From positions 21,535 to 85,534 of the forward strand of contig JAHBTO010000008.1 of the NCBI GenBank assembly GCA_019638525.1: a stretch of 64,000 nt of DNA, read 5' to 3'. Below the pieces are notes generated by a model that saw only the letters and a list, made by a program, of their open reading frames with translations, searched no databases and was not told the DNA's origin. Made by a program: the position numbers and the translations under genes. Positions 29,191 to 37,513 of this stretch are shown here, piece after piece. The stretch is from Ferruginibacter sp. GTDB taxonomy: Bacteria; Bacteroidota; Bacteroidia; Chitinophagales; Chitinophagaceae. The stretch's first letter is position 1. Each line of letters opens with the position of its first letter.

Positions 29191-29351
29191 GCCGCAGGGC
29201 TGGAATTGTTGCTGTGTCAGCTCGGCAACTGAAGCCAATTGAAAAACTGAAGTTGAAGTTAACAACTAAAAGCCAAAGAATTCGGTCAAGCCCGATATTA
29301 GCTGATAGTAGTACAATTGCCGATTGTTACTACGTCCGCCAGCCTTGCGGC
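29191..29351 (+). other. GC-rich structured element (candidate ncRNA, leader or recombination-site remnant) closed by a 13-bp helix
   Basis: GCCGCAGGGCTGG (29191-29203) pairs with CCAGCCTTGCGGC (29339-29351) as 12 Watson-Crick pairs plus one G-U, the G-U holding only on the + strand. Internal hairpins are GTTGC/GCAAC (29208-12/29224-28), TCGG/CCGA (29282-85/29292-95) and GTAGTA/TACTAC (29308-13/29328-33). Confidence 0.35.
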
Positions 29352-29360
29352 AAACCTGTT

Positions 29361-29375
29361 GTTGTACGTGGTAAA
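29361..29375. repeat. left inverted repeat GTTGTACGTGGTAAA flanking the TA-chaperone cassette
   Basis: The reverse complement of 30882-30896 is GTTGTACGTGATAAA, a 14/15 match. Confidence 0.5.
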
Positions 29376-29424
29376 TTGTCGTAATCTGTTAATTTTTCTG
29401 TTTATTTGCACTCAAAATCAATAT

Positions 29425-29432
29425 TAAATTTG
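29425..29432 (+). promoter_or_regulatory. -7 promoter box TAAATTTG for the three-gene cassette
   Basis: It matches TAnnTTTG, lies 30 nt upstream of the first candidate start (TTG 29462), and is inside the inverted-repeat-bounded segment. Confidence 0.35.
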
Positions 29433-29461
29433 TTTTTATTAACCTATAGCTTAATTTCGTC

Positions 29462-29851
29462 TTGAAAAGAAAAGGTGTCATAATTGATAAAAGCTTGCAT
29501 GAAACAACTATAATAGTAGTTGATTTGTTAAATGCAGAAGAGATTTTGACATATATATTTAGGGAAAATGTTGAAGGGGAATTTCGTGAAATCCGTGATA
29601 TTTTAAAACAGAATTTAAGAATAAAAGATAAATATTGTAAAGCAGACGTTTCTAACAAAGCAAAAAATGTTTATGAAATGCGGTTTACAAAATCTGGAAA
29701 AAATGATCGAATATACTGTCAAGAACTACATACAAATAGAAAACGGTTTATTATAATGAGTGAACTGTTTGAAGGTAAAAAATCTCAAGACATACCTAAA
29801 AAAATTAAATCACGCATAGAAACAATTGGTTCATATGAGTACGAACTATAA
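29462..29851 (+). CDS. RelE-superfamily toxin, phage Gp49/HigB-like (addiction-module killer)
   Basis: The C-terminal two thirds, ..KAKNVYEMRFTKSGKNDRIYCQELHTNRKRFIIMSELFEGKKSQDIPKKIKSRIETI.., fit the Gp49-type pattern (xYE[LM]R..G.N.RI...(n)..I.. F.KK(T/S)QK(T)PKKEI). There is no in-frame ATG before codon 73. Candidate starts are TTG at 29462 or 29495. Confidence 0.7.
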   Translation: MKRKGVIIDKSLHETTIIVVDLLNAEEILTYIFRENVEGEFREIRDILKQNLRIKDKYCKADVSNKAKNVYEMRFTKSGKNDRIYCQELHTNRKRFIIMSELFEGKKSQDIPKKIKSRIETIGSYEYEL

Positions 29852-30353
29852 CAATCCTGACGAAATAAAGAGCCTTTACAGTAGTAACTTTTTCAGTAAC
29901 AAAAAGACTCATAGTGAAGTTAAACATCTTGCTCAAATGCTTATGTATAGATTTCTTAGTGAAATTGAAAAAATTACAGATGAGCGTAAAATTGTTAGAA
30001 AAGAATTAGCTAAACAGATTGGTGTTTCTGCAAGTTATTTGACACAATTATACAGAGGAGTCAAGCCTTTGAATATTGAAACTTTGGCAAAAATCGAACT
30101 TGTATTGGATTTTAGGTTTGATATTAAAGCAATTGAAAAATCATTATTAGAGGTAAATGATGCAACTGAATTTAATTGGAATGAAGAACAAATAAATAAT
30201 TTTATTCAAAAATTTAGTTGTAAAAATGGGTTTTGGATTTACAAAAATCATTCAAAATCAAATGGAAGTAAGGAATTTGATAAAATGAAAGAAGTGGATT
30301 ATTCAACTTTTGTTAAAACTTCCACTCCACAAAATAAATTACGGATTGCATAA
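29835..30353 (+). CDS. XRE-family HTH antitoxin (HigA-like) with ~75-aa C-terminal extension
   Basis: The ATG at 29835 (MSTNYNNPDE) overlaps the toxin 3' end by 17 nt. The HTH is RKELAKQIGVSASYLTQLYRGVKPLNIETLAKIELVL. The C-terminal extension contains the aromatic patch NGFWIYKNH. Confidence 0.8.
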   Translation: MSTNYNNPDEIKSLYSSNFFSNKKTHSEVKHLAQMLMYRFLSEIEKITDERKIVRKELAKQIGVSASYLTQLYRGVKPLNIETLAKIELVLDFRFDIKAIEKSLLEVNDATEFNWNEEQINNFIQKFSCKNGFWIYKNHSKSNGSKEFDKMKEVDYSTFVKTSTPQNKLRIA

Positions 30354-30880
30354 TGGAAATAATGAAATCACCTTTAGAACTTTTAGATTTTAATATTTTA
30401 AGATCTGAATATTCATTTGAACATCCTGTAGGTCAAGAAGAAATCAATGTCAGACAGATGGTTACGGATTACGTACTTGATTTTGATTACATGATTAAAA
30501 CAAGTGGAGAAAATCTATATGCAATTTTCACTAAGGTTATTGTAAATGATGGCGAAAATAAACTGCCAGGCCATTCAATCTTTGCTGAAGCTGTGAGTGT
30601 ATTTAGAATTAATCCAGAATTTCCTGATAAACTTGAAACTGACGATATAAAGTCTTTAATCAATTTTTCCGCAGTAACTATCGCATTTAGCAATATTCGT
30701 GGCTTCATATCAGATATTACTGCTTATACTCCGCCGGGAAAATATTTAGTTCCAATATTTGATTTGCAGTCTCTTATTAAGAAGAAGCAAGAAAAAATGT
30801 TACTCTTAAAAAAGGCTAATACTTCGCTTAAAGCAAAAGCTAACAAAAAAAAGATTGTCGCGAAAACGAAAAGAGGCTAA
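30353..30880 (+). CDS. SecB-like chaperone (TAC-type), Lys-rich C-terminal tail
   Basis: Its start overlaps the antitoxin stop (TAATG). The segment order parallels E. coli SecB:
- LLDFNILRSEYSFE vs FQIQRIYTKDISFE
- YAIFTKVIVND vs YEVVLRVTVTA
- IFAEAVSVFRIN vs FLCEVQQGGIFSI
- AVTIAFSNIRGFISDITAYTPPGKYLVPIFDL vs [32 protein letters not shown]. Confidence 0.7.
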   Translation: MEIMKSPLELLDFNILRSEYSFEHPVGQEEINVRQMVTDYVLDFDYMIKTSGENLYAIFTKVIVNDGENKLPGHSIFAEAVSVFRINPEFPDKLETDDIKSLINFSAVTIAFSNIRGFISDITAYTPPGKYLVPIFDLQSLIKKKQEKMLLLKKANTSLKAKANKKKIVAKTKRG

Positions 30881-30881
30881 T

Positions 30882-30896
30882 TTTATCACGTACAAC
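30882..30896. repeat. right inverted repeat TTTATCACGTACAAC flanking the TA-chaperone cassette
   Basis: It starts 2 nt after the chaperone stop codon and pairs with 29361-29375. Confidence 0.5.
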
Positions 30897-30996
30897 TTTT
30901 ATATAAAGGGCAGCTATCAACAAACCACCAGGTAATAACGGTAGATAGAAAGAAACAAACAAAGGCAACAAGAATATCTTTATTACTGTTCATACA

Positions 30997-32223
30997 TTAT
31001 TCAAGCGCCTGTTTTACATCTTCAATAATATCCTGTATGTTTTCTATTCCCACACTCATGCGTATCAACCCATCGGTAATGCCATACTGTTCCCGTTTTT
31101 GTTTGGGTACACTATAATGCGTCATGCTTGCCGGGTGGCATAATAAAGTATCGCAGGTGCCAAGCGAAACAGCCCGTATGCACATCTTTAATTTATCTAT
31201 AAAATTTTTGGCGGCAGTAAGTCCTGCTTTCATTTCAAAACTAAGCATGGCGCCGGGGTGCTTCATTTGTTTTGCAGCCGTTTTATAGTCGGGGTGCGAT
31301 GGAAGGCCTAAGTAATTTACTTTACCAATGGCAGGATGCTGCTGTAAAAATTCAGCTACCAGCATGGCATTGCTGCAATGCCGTTCCATCCTTACTTCAA
31401 GTGTTTTTATGCCCTGCGTTAATAAAAAAGCATCAAAGGCATTGCTGTTAGCGCCAAGCAAGCGATGCACTTTTAAAATTTGCCCGTTCATGTGTTCTGT
31501 ATTTTTACCTACTAAAGCCCCGCCAATTGCTGTACCATGACCGTTTAAAAATTTTGTGGTGCTGTGTATTACAAAATCGGCCCCATATTTAAAAGGCTGT
31601 TGCAGGTAAGGAGTGGCAAATGTGTTATCAACAGCCACTATTAAATTTTTTGTTTTTGCAATGGCAGCAAGCGCTTCTATATCTACACATTGAATGGTAG
31701 GATTGGCAGGTGTTTCAAGGTAAAGCATTTTAATATTTTCATCTGCCTGTAAAGCTGCTAATGCTTTTTCAGGTTCTCTTAAATCGGCAATCACAGTACC
31801 AATGCCTAAAGGTGGCAATACTTTATCAAGCAGTTCCTGCGTGCCGCCATATAAAGAGTAATGCGTTAAAACCTTATCACCTGCTTTTAAAGTTGCAATC
31901 ATTAAAGTGCTGATGGCTGCCATACCGCTGCTGTGCAGTATCGCTTTAGCATCTTGTGGTTTTCCTGTGGCATCCTGTAATCCAAAACATTCAAGGGCAG
32001 CAATTTTTTCTTCTGCTTCGGTAATGGTTGGGTTGCCCCACCGGCTGTAGATATAACCTTTTTCCTGTCCGCTAAACCTTTTCATGCCTTGCTCGGCATC
32101 ATCAAAAGTATAAGTGCTGCTTGCATACACGGGTGTAAGGTGTGCATAGTTGGGGTCGTTAGTATGGCCGCCGTGTATGGCCACCGAGCCAAAACCACTG
32201 TATGATTTTTTTTTACCTGCCAT
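30997..32223 (-). CDS. Cys/Met-metabolism PLP-dependent enzyme (methionine gamma-lyase / cystathionine gamma-synthase / O-acetylhomoserine sulfhydrylase family)
   Basis: 408 aa with the PLP-lysine motif HSTTKFLNGHG and an N-terminal ...HGGH..DP...LTPVYASSTY. Confidence 0.88.
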   Translation of the reverse strand: MAGKKKSYSGFGSVAIHGGHTNDPNYAHLTPVYASSTYTFDDAEQGMKRFSGQEKGYIYSRWGNPTITEAEEKIAALECFGLQDATGKPQDAKAILHSSGMAAISTLMIATLKAGDKVLTHYSLYGGTQELLDKVLPPLGIGTVIADLREPEKALAALQADENIKMLYLETPANPTIQCVDIEALAAIAKTKNLIVAVDNTFATPYLQQPFKYGADFVIHSTTKFLNGHGTAIGGALVGKNTEHMNGQILKVHRLLGANSNAFDAFLLTQGIKTLEVRMERHCSNAMLVAEFLQQHPAIGKVNYLGLPSHPDYKTAAKQMKHPGAMLSFEMKAGLTAAKNFIDKLKMCIRAVSLGTCDTLLCHPASMTHYSVPKQKREQYGITDGLIRMSVGIENIQDIIEDVKQALE

Positions 32224-32305
32224 GGTTGTTTGATGATTGTATAATTATTTAATGATAATTTTATGCACTAATTTTTTGCGAATAAAATCAAATGTACACA
32301 AAAGC

Positions 32306-32794
32306 ATGAAGGAATTATTACAGCAATACGCCGCTTATCATGTTTGGGCTACAAAACAATTGGCTGATGTGATGATTAAGTTAAGTGAGGAAGAAGTAAA
32401 CAGGGAAATTAACAGCAGTTTTCCTTCGGTATATAAAACCGTACAGCATTTGTGGAAGGCAGAAGAGATTTGGTGGCAGCGGCTTAAGCTGGTAGAGCAT
32501 GTTGAATTGCAAAGTGAAAAATTTACCGGAACTTTTTCCGAAATGACTGTACAGCTTGCAAAACAAAACAAACAATGGGCCGATTGGGTACATGCAGCTA
32601 CCGAAAACCAGCTTACGCATGTGTTTGCATATATACGTAATAAGGAACAGGTAAAAATGCCGGTTTACCAAATGCTGCAGCATTTATTTAACCATGCTAC
32701 TTATCACCGTGGGCAATTGGTTACCATGCTTAGGCAATTGGGTGTAGATAAGATTCCATCAACAGATTTTGCCGCCTTTTGCCGAAAAAAATAA
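32306..32794 (+). CDS. DinB-family (four-helix metal-binding) protein
   Basis: The track starts at TTG 32237. The ATG at 32306 gives MKELLQQYAAYHVWATKQL. The C-terminal motif LFNHATYHRGQLVTMLRQLG is typical of the DinB/YfiT family. Confidence 0.85.
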   Translation: MKELLQQYAAYHVWATKQLADVMIKLSEEEVNREINSSFPSVYKTVQHLWKAEEIWWQRLKLVEHVELQSEKFTGTFSEMTVQLAKQNKQWADWVHAATENQLTHVFAYIRNKEQVKMPVYQMLQHLFNHATYHRGQLVTMLRQLGVDKIPSTDFAAFCRKK

Positions 32795-32893
32795 AATATA
32801 TTTTAAATCGAAAAATGCAATCCTGGAAACGGAAATTTCAAAAAAGTTTCAATACAATAAAATGTTGTTGAAAAAAACTGTGCCTGCCCCAAT

Positions 32894-33622
32894 TTAATTA
32901 TGATCAATCATGGTTAGCCTTACGCCATAACCTATGCGGTATGCACCACGGCCCGGTGTTGGTGGCTGGTATTCTACATGTAAAAAATCACGGTAAACCA
33001 AACCAATGCCTTTGGCATATTTTTCATTGCTCCTGTTTATTTCAGAATAACTGTTTGGGTCGGTAGGTATACCAATCACTTCATCACGCTGATCTACTTT
33101 TAAAGTACTGTCTAATGTAAATGAACCAATGGTTGCACTCACATTTACGCTATCGTAAGTATAATCCCAATCTTCCAGGTACCTGTAATCGGTTCCTAAA
33201 TCAATATAGCTGTTGCCTTTCCAGGTATAACCGTTTCTTACCGGCGCTTTTAATTTTATAAAACGCATGTTGTTTTCAATAAACTCCATGGTAAATTCGG
33301 TGCCTACAGCCATAAAAGTATTATCGGGCACCCATGCATTGGCCGGTGAACTGCGTATGTACCTTATAATGCGGTAAGCCGGCCTGCCAAGGTTATCGGT
33401 TATCTCTGCATCTACCACATGCTTTACCTGGTAGTTCATCACGGTATCCTTTGTACCAAAATTTATAAATACAGTACTATCTAAATTATAAGTAATGTAT
33501 TTGCCAACCTGAAGCGGAAAATATTCGCTTACGGGAATGGTATCAAGCACTTCGGTAGATTTTTTACAGGCGGTAAAAATAACAGTAGTTACAACCAGCA
33601 GTAAAAGCAATTGCTTTCTCAT
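32894..33622 (-). CDS. hypothetical lipoprotein
   Basis: 242 aa with a lipobox-like N-terminus, LLLVVTTVIFTAC. Confidence 0.65.
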   Translation of the reverse strand: MRKQLLLLLVVTTVIFTACKKSTEVLDTIPVSEYFPLQVGKYITYNLDSTVFINFGTKDTVMNYQVKHVVDAEITDNLGRPAYRIIRYIRSSPANAWVPDNTFMAVGTEFTMEFIENNMRFIKLKAPVRNGYTWKGNSYIDLGTDYRYLEDWDYTYDSVNVSATIGSFTLDSTLKVDQRDEVIGIPTDPNSYSEINRSNEKYAKGIGLVYRDFLHVEYQPPTPGRGAYRIGYGVRLTMIDHN

Positions 33623-33651
33623 AATAACTTTTAATACAAATAAAGATACAA

Positions 33652-34770
33652 TTATATGCTAAAAGGCTGCCCATTGCGTTGAATAATTCCTCCGCCAATC
33701 ACATCATCACCTTCATAAAAAACCGCACTTTGGCCTGGAGCAACACCTTTTACATCTTCGTAAAAACGAACATTTATACCGTTTTCGTATGTGTACAGGT
33801 TACTTAATGCACCCTTATCCTTGTATCTTATTTTAGTTACGGCTTCCATACCTTCGGTAATGCCATCATATTTTATCCAGTTTAGCCCCTTTACTTTCAT
33901 TTCGCTACGGTTTAAATCTTCTTCATTGCCCAATACAACCGTATTAGTTTCGGGTACAATTTGGGTTACAAAGGCAGGTTTGCCAAGTGCAATATCCAAT
34001 CCTTTACGCTGCCCTACTGTATAAAATGGGTAGCCTTTATGTTTGCCAAGCACTTTGCCGGTTTTATCAATAAAATTTCCACCGGCAACCTTTTCTTCAA
34101 GCCCGGGTACTTTTCTTTTTAAAAAACCACGGTAATCATTATCGGGTACAAAACATATTTCGTAGCTCTCATTTTTTTTTGCAAGTTCGGGATATCCAAA
34201 ATCATGCGCCATTTGGCGTATTTCTTTTTTATGATATGTGCCTAATGGTAAAATTGTGCGGCTTAGCAAATCTTGCTGTAGTCCCCACAGGGCATAACTT
34301 TGGTCTTTAGTGTCATCAATACCTTTGCGTATAAAATATCGCCCGTTTGTATGCTGATGCACCTGTGCATAATGGCCGGTGGCAATGTACTGGCAGTCCA
34401 TGGCATCGGCTCTTTTTAAAAGAGCCCTCCATTTAATATGGGTATTACACATAACGCAAGGATTGGGTGTGCGGCCGGCAATATATTCTTCCACAAAATT
34501 TTCAATAACAAAATCGCCAAACTCTTCTCTAATATCCAAAATAAAGTGTGGAAAACCATGTTGCACAGCAGCTTGCCGGGCATCGTTAAAACTATCAAGA
34601 TTGCAGCAGCCGGTTTCTTTTTTGCCTGTACTGCCTGTACTTGTGGCGTAATCCCATGTTTTCATAGTAATGCCCACTACTTCATATCCTTGCTTATGAA
34701 GCATTAAAGCGGCTACGGTACTGTCAATACCGCCGCTCATGGCCATTAAAACTTTTCCTTTAGTACTCAT
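33652..34770 (-). CDS. mnmA: tRNA 2-thiouridine(34) synthase
   Basis: The likely start is the internal ATG giving MSTKGKVLMAMSGGIDSTV, the PP-loop SGGxDS. Also present are CCNLDSFNDAR and the NPCVMCN cysteine motifs. Confidence 0.93.
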   Translation of the reverse strand: MSTKGKVLMAMSGGIDSTVAALMLHKQGYEVVGITMKTWDYATSTGSTGKKETGCCNLDSFNDARQAAVQHGFPHFILDIREEFGDFVIENFVEEYIAGRTPNPCVMCNTHIKWRALLKRADAMDCQYIATGHYAQVHQHTNGRYFIRKGIDDTKDQSYALWGLQQDLLSRTILPLGTYHKKEIRQMAHDFGYPELAKKNESYEICFVPDNDYRGFLKRKVPGLEEKVAGGNFIDKTGKVLGKHKGYPFYTVGQRKGLDIALGKPAFVTQIVPETNTVVLGNEEDLNRSEMKVKGLNWIKYDGITEGMEAVTKIRYKDKGALSNLYTYENGINVRFYEDVKGVAPGQSAVFYEGDDVIGGGIIQRNGQPFSI

Positions 34771-34874
34771 TGTAAATTCTCCGCTGCAAAGATACAAAGT
34801 TCATTTTTGGGGTAGTGGAAGGCTATTTATGGTTTTAGGAATTTCTTTGGCTTACCACCTGCCATGTCTTAATA

Positions 34875-34909
34875 ACTTTTGAGTTTCAACTTTTCACTTT
34901 TAACTTAAT
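34875..34909. repeat. short heptanucleotide-period array (ACTTTTn type)
   Basis: acttttg|agtttca|acttttc|actttta|acttaat, directly upstream of thyA. Confidence 0.4.
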
Positions 34910-34917
34910 TTGCAGCC

Positions 34918-35739
34918 ATGCAGCAATATTTACAATTAGTTAAGCATATTATTGAAACCGGCGCCGATAAGAGCGACCGCACCGGTACAGGCACCCGCAG
35001 TGTTTTTGGTTACCAAATGCGTTTTAACCTGGCTGATGGTTTTCCGTTGGTAACAACTAAAAAATGCCATCTTAAAAGTATTATTTACGAATTGCTTTGG
35101 TTTTTGCATGGCGATACCAATATCAATTATTTAAAACAGCACAATGTAAAAATATGGGATGAGTGGGCTGATGAAAATGGCGACCTTGGCCCGGTGTACG
35201 GTAAACAATGGCGCAGTTGGGCAGGTGCAGGTGGCGTAGAGGTTGACCAGGTTAAGGAACTGGTTGATACTTTACAAACAAACCCTGATAGCAGGCGCAT
35301 GATTATAAGTGCATGGAATGTGGCCGATTTGCCAAAGATGAAACTGATGCCATGCCATTGCCTGTTTCAGTTTTATGTAACACCACCCGATACTCAAAAA
35401 AACGAAACCAAAAGCCGGTTGAGTTGCCAGTTGTACCAACGGTCGGCCGATGTGTTTTTGGGTGTGCCTTTCAATATTGCATCATACGCATTGCTTACCA
35501 TGATGATTGCACAGGTTTGTGATATGCTGCCGGGCGAGTTTGTTCATTCATTTGGCGATGTGCATTTGTATAAAAACCATTTTGAACAGGCCCAATTGCA
35601 ATTAACAAGAACACCATTTCCGCTACCGCAAATGAAAATTAATCCTGCTGTTAAGGATATTTTCAATTTTAAATATGAAGATTTTGAATTGGTAAATTAC
35701 CAGTGCCATCCTACCATAAAGGCACCTGTGGCGGTTTAA
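34918..35739 (+). CDS. thyA: thymidylate synthase
   Basis: [36 protein letters not shown] and [12 protein letters not shown] (catalytic Cys) are canonical ThyA segments. Confidence 0.95.
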   Translation: MQQYLQLVKHIIETGADKSDRTGTGTRSVFGYQMRFNLADGFPLVTTKKCHLKSIIYELLWFLHGDTNINYLKQHNVKIWDEWADENGDLGPVYGKQWRSWAGAGGVEVDQVKELVDTLQTNPDSRRMIISAWNVADLPKMKLMPCHCLFQFYVTPPDTQKNETKSRLSCQLYQRSADVFLGVPFNIASYALLTMMIAQVCDMLPGEFVHSFGDVHLYKNHFEQAQLQLTRTPFPLPQMKINPAVKDIFNFKYEDFELVNYQCHPTIKAPVAV

Positions 35740-35797
35740 TTAAAATACTACATATTAATTATTCAAATTTTTACGTTTTACATAAGATACCCGTCTT

Positions 35798-37429
35798 ATG
35801 AAAACATTTATTACTACCTGCACATTTATTTTTTACTTTTTGTGTGTTGCCGCACAGCCTACACAACACCTGCTTTCCGATACACTTTTAAGAGAGCAAA
35901 AAGAAAATGTAATTACGGCATCCACCATCATACAGGTTGAAAACCTGGGCGAAGATATCAATACCTTTCACCCCGAAATGCGGCCTACCATTTCAGCCGA
36001 TGGCAACCTGTTATTTTTTATCCGCCAAAACGACCCGGCAAATATCCAGTATGCTACAGTTCCTAATTCGCAGGATATATGGTATTCTACCAGGGATAGT
36101 TTAGGAAATTGGAGCAAAGCAAAACACCTTAGTGCAAAAGTAAATGCATCGCAATACAATGCCGTGTACTGGATATCGCCTGATTTGAATACAATTTTAT
36201 TGAAAGGCGCTTTTATTGACGGCCAGTACTTGGGAATGGGTGTTAGCATGATAAAAAAAAGAAAAGACAATAGCTGGACAAATGCAGAGATGCTGAAAAT
36301 AAGGAAACTGGAAAAATTTAGCACCACACCTCAGTTTGGGGCAAGCATGGGGCATAATGGTAAAGTGCTTTTGTTTTACATGACCGATAAGAAGGGAAGT
36401 TTTGATAATGATATTTATGTTTCTTTTTTAGAAGGCAATGATATATGGACAGCGCCTAAAAGCCTGGGTAAAAAAATAAACCTGCCCGATTATAACGAAA
36501 TGAGTCCTTTTATTGCAGCCGATGGAGTTACACTTTATTTTGCAAGCGACAGGCCCGGTGGCATTGGCGAAATGGATATCTGGATGAGTAAAAGGCTTGA
36601 TGATAGCTGGACAAAATGGAGCGACCCTGTGAATGTGGGCAAACCTATCAATACCGAAGGTTCCGAAGCTTTTTTTACATTGGATGCCGGTGGCGAATAT
36701 GCTTACCTCACAACGAGCAATGGAGCTTATGGTGCAAGCGATATTGTTAGAGTAAAGCTGCTGGAGAAAGTAATGCCCAACCCGGTGGTGCTTGTTACCG
36801 GCAATGTGTATAATGCAAAAACAAAAGAGCCTTTATCTGCATCTTTAGTTTACGAAACATTGCCCGATGGAACCGAAGTGGGCACAGGCGTATCTAGCCC
36901 GGTTGACGGCTCTTTTAAGATTGTACTTCCTTACGATAAAAATTACAGTATTAGGGCGGCAGCCGATAAATTTTTTGCCATTTCTGAAAACCTGAATTTA
37001 GATTCGTTGATTAAAGCAGGTTATAAAGTAATTCATAAGGATTTGTATTTAGCGCCTATTGAAATAGGACAGGTATTCAGGTTGAACAATGTGTTTTTTG
37101 ATTTTGATAAATACAGCCTGCGGCCCGAGTCGTTTGTGGAATTAGACAGGGTGGTTAATTTCCTGAACGAATATCCCAATATTGAGATTGAAATGAGCGC
37201 ACATACTGATAGTAAAGGCGCCGATGAATATAATATGGTATTGAGTGATAACCGGGCAAGATCGGTGATGGAATATATTTTATCGAAAGGGATTGCCGCA
37301 TCAAGAATTGTATCGCATGGCTATGGCGAAACCAAACCTGTGGCCCCCAATACCAATCCCGATGGATCTGATAACCCCGATGGAAGGCAGTTGAACAGGA
37401 GGGTTGAGTTTAAGATTTTGAAAAATTAA
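35798..37429 (+). CDS. OmpA-family protein with TolB-like WD40 repeats and CarboxypepD_reg-like domain
   Basis: It has a signal peptide and repeated PxxSxDG..LYF motifs. The C-terminal OmpA domain reads FDFDKYSLRPES...LSDNRARSVMEYILSKGI..SRIVSHGYGETKP. Confidence 0.85.
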   Translation: MKTFITTCTFIFYFLCVAAQPTQHLLSDTLLREQKENVITASTIIQVENLGEDINTFHPEMRPTISADGNLLFFIRQNDPANIQYATVPNSQDIWYSTRDSLGNWSKAKHLSAKVNASQYNAVYWISPDLNTILLKGAFIDGQYLGMGVSMIKKRKDNSWTNAEMLKIRKLEKFSTTPQFGASMGHNGKVLLFYMTDKKGSFDNDIYVSFLEGNDIWTAPKSLGKKINLPDYNEMSPFIAADGVTLYFASDRPGGIGEMDIWMSKRLDDSWTKWSDPVNVGKPINTEGSEAFFTLDAGGEYAYLTTSNGAYGASDIVRVKLLEKVMPNPVVLVTGNVYNAKTKEPLSASLVYETLPDGTEVGTGVSSPVDGSFKIVLPYDKNYSIRAAADKFFAISENLNLDSLIKAGYKVIHKDLYLAPIEIGQVFRLNNVFFDFDKYSLRPESFVELDRVVNFLNEYPNIEIEMSAHTDSKGADEYNMVLSDNRARSVMEYILSKGIAASRIVSHGYGETKPVAPNTNPDGSDNPDGRQLNRRVEFKILKN

Positions 37430-37513
37430 AAAGATAAAAGACAAAATTCAAAAAGCGGAGCAAGTGTACAAGTTTTTTATTTTTACTTTTGTTTTTTTAC
37501 TTTTAACTTAAAT

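Noticed and set aside
29191-29351. Integron attC site or tRNA/tmRNA integration target
   Set aside because: I could not find R''/R' core sites (RYYYAAC / GTTRRRY) at the helix ends. No intI or any integrase is nearby. There is no tRNA cloverleaf, T-loop GTTCGAATC-type box or tmRNA tag reading frame.
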